DNA of 36,433 nucleotides from a virus (lineage: Duplodnaviria; Heunggongvirae; Uroviricota; Caudoviricetes). Of the stretch, positions 1-8,732 are shown piece by piece. The stretch lies in the IMG/VR virus record IMGVR_UViG_3300033075_001761; one strand, given 5' to 3'. The notes under the pieces were generated by a model, which was given only the letters and a program-made list of their open reading frames with translations, ran no database searches and was not told the DNA's origin. The stretch's first letter is position 1, and every line of letters starts with the position of its first letter. The position numbers and the translations under genes are program-made.

Positions 1-59
1 TGATGCATGAAAGCCCAAAAGATAGCGATCTTTATCCTGATACGGAGAAAAAGAAATGA
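1..59 (+). CDS. 3' end of an upstream gene (partial, ...MHESPKDSDLYPDTEKKK*)
   Basis: Frame 3 is open from the window edge to TGA at 57-59, which overlaps the next ATG (ATGA at 56-59) as in translational coupling. Confidence 0.4.
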   Translation, partial: MHESPKDSDLYPDTEKKK

Positions 60-1009
60 ACTTTGACCCAACAGATCCTTTTGGAACGCAAAAGAAAATG
101 ATTTCTGATGCATTTAAGCATGCATCGCGTTTAAATGAAAAATACATGGCCCCAGTTTATTTGGTTTTTTTAGGAGAAAGTTTTTTCGTTGAACGAGAGA
201 AGCCTTTGGTTGGTAGCTGCACTAGGTATTATACAGTAAATGATGGGTTTATCTATTGTACAGAAGTAAACTTAGGAAATGGAGTTGAGTCTGAAGTTCT
301 TTTGGAAGATCAGATATTGATAGAAGAATCAAAGTTCAAAACCATGAAAAAAGAAGAAGAGCACGGAAGTTTTAAGTATTCTTATCTTGTTAAAGAATCT
401 GGAGAAAAACTTTACTATAGCTTCGATTCTGGAAAACATTGGTCTGGAAGCCGTAAAGATGCATGGAAGGAAGCGTCTATTCGTAAGAATAGGATGATCT
501 CAATCCCTGAAAAAGGAGTTTGGCCAGAGACTTCCCAAGAGGCGGTCTCATATATTGAATCTGTTTCGTCAAAGAAACTTACAGAAGAAGATGGATTTAA
601 AGAGCTCGAGATTTCTGATTTGAGCAGGCTTGGAAAGCTAGGTAGTGGATTTGGATATTACGGACATATACTTAGAGATCCTGATATTTATCCAGATCCT
701 CTTCATAAGAAATCCATTGGAGCTATAGATAAAGCTTTTATAGCCGCTTCAAATAAAATGAAGCTTCCTATGTGGAAAGTAGGATCGTATTCAGACTCAA
801 AAAAAGCCAGAAAAGATATGGATGATTTGAGCGGATTGATCTTGGACCCCAAAAAGACCGGCGAAGATTTTTACTTAAAAGAGCCTGAAGATGTTTTCCA
901 GATCTCGTATGATTTTTTCTTGAAGAAAATGGATATGTTTTTTGATCAAATGAATTCTAGTTTGGAAGAGAAGCTAAAAAACTATTGGCAATCAGCCCTG
1001 GAGAATTGA
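56..1009 (+). CDS. Hypothetical protein (317 aa, Glu/Lys-rich; possible internal head protein)
   Basis: Long ORF with GGAG RBS upstream and no recognisable family motif. It contains several hydrophobic-x-E-(S/A/E) motifs. Confidence 0.75.
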   Translation: MNFDPTDPFGTQKKMISDAFKHASRLNEKYMAPVYLVFLGESFFVEREKPLVGSCTRYYTVNDGFIYCTEVNLGNGVESEVLLEDQILIEESKFKTMKKEEEHGSFKYSYLVKESGEKLYYSFDSGKHWSGSRKDAWKEASIRKNRMISIPEKGVWPETSQEAVSYIESVSSKKLTEEDGFKELEISDLSRLGKLGSGFGYYGHILRDPDIYPDPLHKKSIGAIDKAFIAASNKMKLPMWKVGSYSDSKKARKDMDDLSGLILDPKKTGEDFYLKEPEDVFQISYDFFLKKMDMFFDQMNSSLEEKLKNYWQSALEN

Positions 1010-1010
1010 T

Positions 1011-1682
1011 ATGCAAGTGTTTGATATTTACAAAAGCTACCAAGAGTTGGCTCAAAAAGTTCCTATGCAAGAAAAGTTTTCAGAGCCTAACGATGTAACA
1101 ATGGTTGTTCCTAAATTCTTAGAAGACGTAGAGAAACTGTCTGAAGAGTGCTGGAAGCTTTATTTGGACCATGCAAGGAATAGGAATGTTGCGCTTTCTC
1201 AGATTATGGAAAAAGTTAAATCCATCAAAGAAGTAAGTGAATTTTGTTTAAAACAACTTTTTGTAGGCGGCGAAGAGGATGCAAATAAGAATCTTGAGGT
1301 TCCCGTAATCACTCCTATTGAGCCAGAGACAGAGATTATTGGAGAAGCTATTGAAGCTTTAGCAGGCGTTATGTTTGAACCTACAAATAAAAACATTCCA
1401 GTATATTTCAAAAGCGTTTCTTCTGGCGATATAGTGCCTGCAAAGGGTGACTGGGATGCAAAATCTGGCGTCTTTGGATTTACAGATCAAAAAGAAAAAG
1501 ATTCTTTTGTGGCTAAGTTCCAAGGAAATAAAGAAGATGTTTTGATGAATGTTATGGGGTTTGATTATCCATATCAAGATTCAAGAAGCCGCCTAAAAGA
1601 TGCTACATATCAATATGTAGCTTTCCTAAAAGTTGATTTGAAAAAGAAAAAAAGACCCTCAAAGGACTCTAGATTGGTTTAA
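1011..1682 (+). CDS. Hypothetical protein (223 aa)
   Basis: Starts 1 nt after the previous stop, with GGAG RBS at about 999-1002. No family recognised. Confidence 0.75.
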   Translation: MQVFDIYKSYQELAQKVPMQEKFSEPNDVTMVVPKFLEDVEKLSEECWKLYLDHARNRNVALSQIMEKVKSIKEVSEFCLKQLFVGGEEDANKNLEVPVITPIEPETEIIGEAIEALAGVMFEPTNKNIPVYFKSVSSGDIVPAKGDWDAKSGVFGFTDQKEKDSFVAKFQGNKEDVLMNVMGFDYPYQDSRSRLKDATYQYVAFLKVDLKKKKRPSKDSRLV

Positions 1683-1921
1683 ATTAGGCGCGTCAGTTCG
1701 TACTCATCGGCGTCTTCATCAAGAGAGATTCTCTCTTCTTTTGTTAAGATAGAGCTGTTCATAAGTTCTTTATACGCTTTAAAGTACGTATAAAAAATCT
1801 CTCCACTTGCAAGCTCTCCGCAACCCCTAGGGTATTTATGGAGACGCTTAATGCCGCTTAGGTTCTTTATCTTTCTTTTGGCCAATGAGACCAATTCCTC
1901 TGTAGCCTTTATCTGGTCCAT
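1679..1921 (-). CDS. Small hypothetical protein (80 aa)
   Basis: Strong AGGAGG RBS on the minus strand (cctcct at 1931-1936). Downstream of the 1967-2650 gene and convergent with 1011-1682. Confidence 0.7.
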   Translation of the reverse strand: MDQIKATEELVSLAKRKIKNLSGIKRLHKYPRGCGELASGEIFYTYFKAYKELMNSSILTKEERISLDEDADEYELTRLI

Positions 1922-1966
1922 ATGTTGTTACCTCCTAGGATATCTATCGGGCACAAGTGAATAAAC

Positions 1967-2650
1967 TTAAGAAGAAGCTATTTCATCAGTGATTACTGGG
2001 TCTTTCTTGTTAGCAAAGTAATGCTTAATAATCCTTTCAGATGCCTTAGAAGGCTTCATAACAGATTGAATTTCTTTTGCTTTTTCAAGCTTAGAAAGCA
2101 TGACGTATACATAAACGCGGTTAGACTTTGTAGCTGTGAACTTAGAAGCCTTAAAAATATCTTCAGCAGAGACTGGCTCCGATGATTTAGAGACAATTTC
2201 CTTGATGATTTCTAGTTTTGAGCCTCTTGGCAAAGACTTTTGTTTTTTAGGATGTTCAGGCTTGGCTTTGGCATTTTTCTTTGCTTTTGGCTTTTTGTTT
2301 ATAGCTTTTTTCTTGGCTCTATTGGCAAGAATAGATTGGAAATGATTATAAACCTTCTTGGCGATCTCGTGAATTTCTGGAGCGATGTTGTCTTCAGACC
2401 ATTCATCAAAAATCATTTTATTAACGGGTATTGTTGTATTGTTAGCAAGCCAATCAATGGAATATGTGATTGCTCTTAGCTGCCCAGAAAGCTTGTCAAA
2501 TGTGAAGAAGTCTACTTTGCAAGAGCTTTTCTTTACGCTTTTGAAGTCTTTTCCAGTCCTAAATACAAATTTTGTTTCATCGTTAGATTTTTGAAAAATC
2601 TCACCAATTCTCTGGTTGCCATGCTTGATACAGATTGCAAGTGCTTTCAT
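1967..2650 (-). CDS. Putative DNA-binding protein: N-terminal domain, Lys/Ala-rich linker, C-terminal winged-helix-like domain
   Basis: AGGAGG RBS (ctcct at about 2660-2665). Linker KKKAINKKPKAKKNAKAKPEHPKK. C-terminal KLEIIKEIVSKSSEPVSAEDIF...VYVYVMLSKLEKAKEI resembles the Fur/BlaI-type wHTH pattern. Confidence 0.65.
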   Translation of the reverse strand: MKALAICIKHGNQRIGEIFQKSNDETKFVFRTGKDFKSVKKSSCKVDFFTFDKLSGQLRAITYSIDWLANNTTIPVNKMIFDEWSEDNIAPEIHEIAKKVYNHFQSILANRAKKKAINKKPKAKKNAKAKPEHPKKQKSLPRGSKLEIIKEIVSKSSEPVSAEDIFKASKFTATKSNRVYVYVMLSKLEKAKEIQSVMKPSKASERIIKHYFANKKDPVITDEIASS

Positions 2651-2666
2651 AATATCTATCCTCCTT

Positions 2667-2695
2667 TTGTTACTAAACTCTTTGTCGGTTATAAT
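2667..2695 (+). promoter_or_regulatory. Sigma70-like promoter for the neck/tail transcript
   Basis: TTGTTA (2667-2672), 17-bp spacer, TATAAT (2690-2695), in the divergent intergenic gap 38 nt upstream of the TTG start at 2733. Confidence 0.65.
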
Positions 2696-2732
2696 TAAAA
2701 AATACTTTAGCCATTTAGGATTCGAGGTTAGC

Positions 2733-3248
2733 TTGGGCAGGTTGCGCGACGATTACGAAGTCTCATATATTCGCTGCGTTTCCGAAGAGGTTATTGACCT
2801 TTTTGGGACCGACGATGTTATTTTATATCGCTTCAACCCTTGCGATAACGCCGGAACCCGAGACCCCTTGTATGATGAGCCCACAACAACGCTCAAATAC
2901 CGTGCATACCCTATAAAGGCTCTTTATCTAGATTGGCAAGATGATTTTTTGTCTGGAAGCCAAGGATCTGAGAAAAATTTCTCAAATAAAATCTATGTTG
3001 CTTTGAACCATTTGCTGGCCGCCAACGTGCCTATCTCCTCTGATAAAGAATACATAGAAGAAGGTGATATCATTGAGCTTCACCATAGAGGCGACAAGGT
3101 TATTTATGATATTATACAGGTTGACCGTGAAGGCTACGTAAACAACAGCGATAAGTTTGTTGGTTATACCCTGGATGTAAAGCGTAACTCGAAGTTTGTT
3201 CCAGAGAGAAAAGACATTGAAATTATAGGAGAATCTTATGTCCCTTGA
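2733..3248 (+). CDS. Head-closure/neck protein, T4 gp14-like
   Basis: Start revised from 2616 to the TTG at 2733 (GAGG RBS at 2724-2727; the earlier start overlaps the divergent gene and promoter). Motifs EEVIDLFG..VILY...DPLYDE and EEGDII resemble gp14/head-closure proteins. It lies upstream of the tail genes. Confidence 0.6.
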   Translation: MGRLRDDYEVSYIRCVSEEVIDLFGTDDVILYRFNPCDNAGTRDPLYDEPTTTLKYRAYPIKALYLDWQDDFLSGSQGSEKNFSNKIYVALNHLLAANVPISSDKEYIEEGDIIELHHRGDKVIYDIIQVDREGYVNNSDKFVGYTLDVKRNSKFVPERKDIEIIGESYVP

Positions 3249-3576
3249 GAAACTTACTGAATCTCTAAAGAAATTTAACGCCATGGCCAAGGCGGCGCCG
3301 GAAACCATTACGGAAAGCTCGGAAGCCGTACAGATGCTTAAAAAGCATGAGAGCGAAGTATTTACTACTTTTGCAAATGCTATCGCGGTGGCTTTGGGCC
3401 AAGTGGAGAGCATTACGGGGTCTCAATTTGAGACGGCAAAAGATGCCCAAGAGTTTGTTGAAGAAGTTATGAAGAGCATGCGTACAAAAGGAAAATCAAG
3501 CCTTATGACTGTGCTACGCAGGTTTGATCGAGTTGGCTCTCAGCAGTTCAGTGCTCAATTCAAACGTAAGCTTTAA
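3238..3576 (+). CDS. Hypothetical helical protein (112 aa)
   Basis: GGAG RBS, overlaps the upstream stop, predicted all-helical. Contains LTES/ITES motifs. Confidence 0.7.
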   Translation: MSLEKLTESLKKFNAMAKAAPETITESSEAVQMLKKHESEVFTTFANAIAVALGQVESITGSQFETAKDAQEFVEEVMKSMRTKGKSSLMTVLRRFDRVGSQQFSAQFKRKL

Positions 3577-3596
3577 AGTCTAATCAATCAGACTTT
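3575..3596. promoter_or_regulatory. Palindromic motif copy 1 (AAAGTC TAATCAATCA GACTTT)
   Basis: Imperfect inverted repeat in the intergenic gap directly upstream of the tubulin gene. Four more copies occur in the window. Confidence 0.7.
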
Positions 3597-3620
3597 TCAA
3601 ATTTCAGAGAAAGATATTGT

Positions 3621-4946
3621 ATGCGTAAAAAGTTCAAAGAGTTCACGGTTGATAATCAAAGAGTCATAAGAGTTATTCGGACTCCGAATTCTGTTAGGTA
3701 CCTTTTGGTTAGAACAATAAATAATGAAGAAATTATAGAAAAAGACTTAGCTTCAATGGATGAAGTAAGGTCTTCTTTGTCTATTGAAGTACAAGTTGAA
3801 GAAAACAAGTCAGAAAGCCATGTTGTTATTGAAGAACAACCAAAGCAAACTGAAGAAGTTAAAATTCCAAAAAAGCGTGGGAGAAAAAAGATGGAATTGC
3901 CAATGATGGAAGATCTAGAAATCCAAGGCCAAGAGAAGATTGAAGACACAAAGGAGTTTGCAGTTAAATTTGGATTCCTTGGAGTTGGGCAGGGCGGAGG
4001 AAAACTATGCCAATCTTTTTATGGATTGGGTTATCGAAGGATTTTGGCCGTTAATACTACGGTCCAAGACTTTGAAGGGCTTGAATTTAAGAGCAAGCTT
4101 TTAATTGGCGACAGCATTTCTGGAGCAGGAAAAGATCCTACAGTTGGATTTAAAGCAGCCGATTCTTCCCGTGAGAAGATTCTTAGGGCTTGTAAGGATG
4201 CTTTTGGAGATGAAGTAGAACACATTATTGTGTGTACAAGTACGGGAGGAGGCTCTGGGTCTGGTTCAACGCCAGTAGCCATTGAAGTTGCGCAAGAATA
4301 TTTGAAATCTATTGGAAAAGAAGCAAAGGTTGGCGTGATTGCGTGTCTTCCAAAATCTTCTGAAGGCCAGAAGTGTGTGGACAATTCAAATCAGCTACTT
4401 CAAAAAGTTAAGCCTCTCGTTGAACAAAAGATTATCTCTCCATTCATCATTTGTGATAATGAAAAGATTTTGAAAATGTACCCAAAAGTTTCGATTGCAA
4501 AGTTCTATGAAGCTGCGAACAGAAGTATTTCTGCAATGTTCAGCTTATTTAATGAGTTGTGTGCAAAGAATTCGGCTTATCAGACTTTGGATGTTGCAGA
4601 TTATCGTTCTGTTCTAAATTCTGGCGTTATGATTTTCGGAGCAAACACAATCCAGGATGCTTCTAAATCTGAAACATTGATTGCCGAGAGCGTTGAGAAG
4701 AATATGAAGAATGGTCTTTTAGCTTCTTTGGAGCTGAAGGGAGCGACTCATGCAGGAGCAATTTTGATTGCTTCTAAAGCCATGCTTGAGTCGATTCCTC
4801 AAAGCGCATTGGACTTGAGTTTCCAAGCAATCAATAGAGTCCTTGGCGGGTCCGTTGTTCTTCATAGCGGAGTTTATGAAGGTCCAGAGAGTCTCGAAAC
4901 AAAGGCTCTTGTTTACACAATGATTGGCGGGCTAAAAGCTGGCTAA
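3621..4946 (+). CDS. Tubulin/FtsZ-family GTPase (phage tubulin-like) with N-terminal extension
   Basis: T1 loop FGFLGVGQGGGKL, GAGKDPTVG, signature TSTGGGSGSG, IICDNE, T7 loop LDVAD and terminal strand LVYTMIGG. About 110 aa precede the GTPase domain and there is no C-terminal tail. Confidence 0.93.
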   Translation: MRKKFKEFTVDNQRVIRVIRTPNSVRYLLVRTINNEEIIEKDLASMDEVRSSLSIEVQVEENKSESHVVIEEQPKQTEEVKIPKKRGRKKMELPMMEDLEIQGQEKIEDTKEFAVKFGFLGVGQGGGKLCQSFYGLGYRRILAVNTTVQDFEGLEFKSKLLIGDSISGAGKDPTVGFKAADSSREKILRACKDAFGDEVEHIIVCTSTGGGSGSGSTPVAIEVAQEYLKSIGKEAKVGVIACLPKSSEGQKCVDNSNQLLQKVKPLVEQKIISPFIICDNEKILKMYPKVSIAKFYEAANRSISAMFSLFNELCAKNSAYQTLDVADYRSVLNSGVMIFGANTIQDASKSETLIAESVEKNMKNGLLASLELKGATHAGAILIASKAMLESIPQSALDLSFQAINRVLGGSVVLHSGVYEGPESLETKALVYTMIGGLKAG

Positions 4947-4983
4947 GAAAATTGACATTTTTTCTTATGACCTTAATGCTTAT

Positions 4984-5700
4984 ATGGCAACGATTCATGG
5001 AAGGATTGTTGCCGCGCAAAAATACGTTTTAAACAAGAGTGCTTCTATTTTTCTTGGAAACGTAAAATTGAATGGACCCAAAGATGAGTTTGGTAAAGAG
5101 TATCTAGATTCGCTTAAAATAAAGAAAATAGATGGAGATGATCCAAAGTTTGTAATTATTTTGGATGCATCTTTTTCGGCTTCATTCTCTACTGCACAGG
5201 CAAAAGGCGCAGTTGTTATATACGTTCAGGATAGTGAAAACAAAGATCTTTTAGAAGTTTTGTATAGGTACCAGCCATTTGCTATGGACTTTCTTCCTGT
5301 AAACCTTCCTATAAGCACCTTCTTTAAGAAGGTAAGAACAGATGAAATTGAAGCAATTAGAGAGCGAAATCAAAACAGCTATTCAAAACTAAAGTCTGAA
5401 CTTATTTCTTTAGGCGTTCCTTCAGAGCTTGGAGAGCAGAAAATTACATCAACAGAAGATGTTGGATTTAAGATTTTAAGATCTGAATTAGGATTAGGAG
5501 AATATCCTCCTCATTGGAAACCAGCCATCGCAAAATGGCAAACAGGAACGGATTTAAAGAACATTGCCAATGAAAACATTTTATCTAGAATACTTTTCGA
5601 TCCAAAATATACGGGATGGAAGAATATAGCTTCAGACAGAGAAGATGCTGATCCATCAATTATTGAAAATGTAAAAGAGTTTATGGAAGCGCTATTATGA
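4984..5700 (+). CDS. Putative neck/tail-completion protein (HK97 gp10-like C-terminal motif)
   Basis: RSELGLGEYPPHWKPAI resembles the E(F/Y)G...P(F/H)xxPA motif of gp10-like neck proteins. It lies upstream of the tail terminator. Confidence 0.45.
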   Translation: MATIHGRIVAAQKYVLNKSASIFLGNVKLNGPKDEFGKEYLDSLKIKKIDGDDPKFVIILDASFSASFSTAQAKGAVVIYVQDSENKDLLEVLYRYQPFAMDFLPVNLPISTFFKKVRTDEIEAIRERNQNSYSKLKSELISLGVPSELGEQKITSTEDVGFKILRSELGLGEYPPHWKPAIAKWQTGTDLKNIANENILSRILFDPKYTGWKNIASDREDADPSIIENVKEFMEALL

Positions 5701-6107
5701 GCAAAAAAGTTGAAGAGTTTATATTTTTGCTTAAATCTCTTCCTAAGATCTTAAAGGAGAGTTCAGTGACTTCCAGTAAATTTTGGAAAGATGAAGAAGT
5801 TGATTCTTTGATTGAAGAAATCGACCCAGAGCATAATCATAGCGTTGAATGTGGTCCTGATGGAGAAGGCGATGAGGTTGACGCAGCAATTGAAGAAATT
5901 ATTGCGATGCTAGTTTCTAATGAATATGAAGAAGAAGATGCAAAAGAAGCCGTTTTTGACGCTCTTCATAATCTAATCAAAAGAGACGAGCTTTCAGATA
6001 CGCCAGAAACAATTGAAGAGTCTTCGACTAAAAACTCTTGGATTTCTGAATTTAATGTTAAAATCCGAAACGAGCTTAAAGAATTGGGCTTAGATTTCGA
6101 GGGATAA
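5697..6107 (+). CDS. Acidic hypothetical protein (136 aa)
   Basis: ATGA overlap with the previous gene, very D/E-rich, no family recognised. Confidence 0.75.
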   Translation: MSKKVEEFIFLLKSLPKILKESSVTSSKFWKDEEVDSLIEEIDPEHNHSVECGPDGEGDEVDAAIEEIIAMLVSNEYEEEDAKEAVFDALHNLIKRDELSDTPETIEESSTKNSWISEFNVKIRNELKELGLDFEG

Positions 6108-6108
6108 C

Positions 6109-6834
6109 TTGATCACACTTCTTCCACTTGGGCAGCAAAATCTAACATTACCTACTGGTAATGTATGGATTCGAGATTTCGACAAAGGCATTGTTGAGAC
6201 TATGGGAGCTGTTGTTAAGCTTGTGACTGACCCTGTTACTTGCGAAAAGAAGAATAATTATTACGTATCTATCCCAGGTGTAAATCCATTTGAAGTTCCA
6301 GTTATATTTGGGAATCCAGAGCAAGTATTCGAGAATAAAATTCTTCCAAGCATTGTTGTTATGAGAGATTCTGTTGAGTTAAATCTGTCTCGTTGGCATT
6401 CAGTTGGTCAAGAAGAGTATTACGCTGGCGTGACTGGCGGAATTTCTGGGCTTCCTCCTGGAGGAATTGTTACAGTCAACGGAGTGACTGGATACTCATA
6501 TTTGGAGACAAAAAAACAAGCTTGGCCATATGATTTTTTTTATACAATTTCTATTTATGCACGATTTGAATACGAAGCTTTGAACATGCTTAAGTATATT
6601 TTGCGTAAATATCAGCCTCACAGCAGCGTTAAGGTGATAGATTCGCTTAATGAAGTAAGGTATTATGATGTTTATAACGAAAGCTCAATTTCAGATATCA
6701 GCGAAATCGTAGACGTTGCGGATAGAACAAAAGCCTATTCAATAAATCTACGTGTTGAGGGAGAAATAGACCTCATCGATCCGGAAGTTCATCCTACTCT
6801 TTCATCACTTGAATTTAGAATGCTTACTGCCTAG
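6109..6834 (+). CDS. Tail terminator/sheath stabiliser, T4 gp15-like
   Basis: TTG start with GAGGG RBS. VPVIFGNPE...ILPSIVVMRDS...SRW matches the gp15-like VPxxY..KE...LP.I....R pattern. Immediately precedes the sheath gene. Confidence 0.6.
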   Translation: MITLLPLGQQNLTLPTGNVWIRDFDKGIVETMGAVVKLVTDPVTCEKKNNYYVSIPGVNPFEVPVIFGNPEQVFENKILPSIVVMRDSVELNLSRWHSVGQEEYYAGVTGGISGLPPGGIVTVNGVTGYSYLETKKQAWPYDFFYTISIYARFEYEALNMLKYILRKYQPHSSVKVIDSLNEVRYYDVYNESSISDISEIVDVADRTKAYSINLRVEGEIDLIDPEVHPTLSSLEFRMLTA

Positions 6835-6870
6835 TATTTACTAAGTAACTCAAATTACGGAGTCTGGAAA

Positions 6871-8688
6871 ATGGCTGAATTTTTAAGTCCAGGGATCTTC
6901 ATCCAAGAGAAGAAGTCCCAACAACAAGCGGTTCAAGGAGTTTCTACAAGCAACTTTGCTACGGTTGGATGGTTGAGCCGTGGAGAAGAGAATAAAGCAA
7001 CGCTTGTTGGAAGCCTTTCTGAATTCTTCCGTAAGTTTGGTTCTTACTGGAAAAACTCTGACGTTCCTCTTGCTGTAACTGCGTTCTTTAACAACGGTGG
7101 GGCACGCGCATATATTGTTCGCGTTGTTCCTAGCGACGCTGTTAAAGCCTCTACAACAATTCCTACAAACCTTTGGAGTGTGAACGCAATCAGCTCTGGA
7201 GCATGGGGAAACAACGTTCGGCTAGTCCTTAAAGGAAGTCAGAATTACTATGATACAGCGACAGCAACATACTCTCGATTTGATGTAGAAGTTCAGGAAG
7301 AATCTGCTGACGGAGAAGGGGATTGGGAGATTACAGAAACTTTCTCTGAAGTTGATCTGACCGACCCTGATTCTGCTGTTTACCTTCCCATCGTATTGAA
7401 TGACGAAGAAAGCGGTTCTTCTACGGTTCGTGTTGAAGCCGTATCTGGAGGAATCCCTACTGCGTTCCTTAGCCAATCTGTAAGCGGAGAATCTATTGGA
7501 ACTGGCGCAGGAACTTCTTCGCAGCTTGTAAGCGGAACTTTGGCTCAGCCATCCGTTGCTAAGTTCACTGCTGCATTGCGAGTGAATGGAGTGACTATCG
7601 CCAAAGATGACGGCAAAGGAAAATGGAAGCTGCAAAGCGGCGTTGGGTATACTGGCGTTACAGGAACTCTGAACTACACAACTGGTGTTTTTTCGGCAAC
7701 AGTAGTTCCTGGCCCTGGATCGGGCGAAGCTATTACGATGGATTATTACAAAGCTGGAGCTTCTAGCCAATCGTATGAGCTTTCTGGTGGAGTTGACGGA
7801 ACTTCGGTTGGACGCGCTGAAGTAACTGCGCCAGAACTTGAAGAAGACATTGTTGGGCTTTATGCATTGAACAAGATTGACGAGATCTTGAACATTGGTC
7901 TTCCAGACTTTCCTGGAGACTCGCTTGTTCATAGTGATTTGATTACTTACTGCCAAAACCGAAAAGACTGCTTTGCAATCTTGGACACTGAATTCAATAT
8001 CGACGCACAAGATGCCGTAAACTACAAAACAGTAACGCTTGGAAGCTTGAGCTCTTACGCCGCTATTTATTACCCTCAGGTTGTGATTGCAGACCCTCTT
8101 CGCAACGGACGTGGCCGTACAATGAGCTGCGTAGGGCATGTGGCTGGTGTGTATGCTCGAACCGACAACGATAGGAACGTTGCCAAGGCTCCTGCTGGAG
8201 TTATCGATGGCGCATTGAATTTTGCCATCAAACTAGAACGCCAGCTTACAAAGGCAGAGCGAGATACTGTGTATCCTCGTAACGTAAACATCCTTCGTGA
8301 AGATGCCATTGTTGGCCGTTGCGTTTGGGGTTCTAGAACTTTGCAAACCGTTGGCGATTTTATCCAGGTGCCTCACCGTCGTTTGTTCATGTTCCTTGAA
8401 AAGAGCGTGTTCAATAACACTCACGATCTTGTGTTTGAGCCAATCACAGAGGCTTTGTTCAATACGATTAATCTTCGCTTGGACGGCTTTATGAGTGTTC
8501 TTACTGGCCTTGGTTATTTTGCAAGCAACGTTCCTGCCGAATCGTATAGAATTATTGTTGATGAAACGAACAACACTCCACAAACAATTGCTCAACGACT
8601 TGTGATTGTTGACTTGTTGGTGGCAGTTTCGTCTCCCGCAGAGTTTATTCAATTTAGATTTGAAAGATCACTAAATACTCTGGGTTGA
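6871..8688 (+). CDS. Contractile tail sheath protein
   Basis: N-terminal MAEFLSPGIFIQE, AFFNNGGARAYIVRV, YAAIYYPQV, GHVAGVYARTD...VAKAPAG, VWGSRTL, RRLFMFLEKS and PAEFIQFRF are all hallmark sheath motifs. Confidence 0.97.
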   Translation: MAEFLSPGIFIQEKKSQQQAVQGVSTSNFATVGWLSRGEENKATLVGSLSEFFRKFGSYWKNSDVPLAVTAFFNNGGARAYIVRVVPSDAVKASTTIPTNLWSVNAISSGAWGNNVRLVLKGSQNYYDTATATYSRFDVEVQEESADGEGDWEITETFSEVDLTDPDSAVYLPIVLNDEESGSSTVRVEAVSGGIPTAFLSQSVSGESIGTGAGTSSQLVSGTLAQPSVAKFTAALRVNGVTIAKDDGKGKWKLQSGVGYTGVTGTLNYTTGVFSATVVPGPGSGEAITMDYYKAGASSQSYELSGGVDGTSVGRAEVTAPELEEDIVGLYALNKIDEILNIGLPDFPGDSLVHSDLITYCQNRKDCFAILDTEFNIDAQDAVNYKTVTLGSLSSYAAIYYPQVVIADPLRNGRGRTMSCVGHVAGVYARTDNDRNVAKAPAGVIDGALNFAIKLERQLTKAERDTVYPRNVNILREDAIVGRCVWGSRTLQTVGDFIQVPHRRLFMFLEKSVFNNTHDLVFEPITEALFNTINLRLDGFMSVLTGLGYFASNVPAESYRIIVDETNNTPQTIAQRLVIVDLLVAVSSPAEFIQFRFERSLNTLG

Positions 8689-8708
8689 TTGCTGAATGAT
8701 TTTGTTCT

Positions 8709-8732
8709 AAAAGCCTCCGAAACGAGGTTTTT
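8709..8732 (+). terminator. Hairpin after the sheath gene (terminator-like and/or RBS-sequestering stem)
   Basis: AAAAGCCTC-CGAAAC-GAGGTTTTT. The 3' arm contains the GAGG RBS of the endonuclease gene, whose ATG follows at 8733. Confidence 0.55.

Noticed and set aside
3621-4946. Calling the tubulin a host ftsZ or proof of a phage nucleus
   Set aside because: It lacks the FtsZ C-terminal linker and peptide and has no dcw-cluster context. No chimallin-like gene is recognisable in the window, so nucleus formation cannot be claimed.
4952-4983. Perfect TTGACA upstream of the 4984 gene as a promoter
   Set aside because: There is no acceptable -10 hexamer at 16-18 bp spacing.
7222-8652. Long minus-strand ORFs opposite the sheath, and similar ones opposite tubulin, TMP, baseplate and fibre genes
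   Set aside because: They are antisense shadows of well-supported genes, with no RBS or recognisable motifs.
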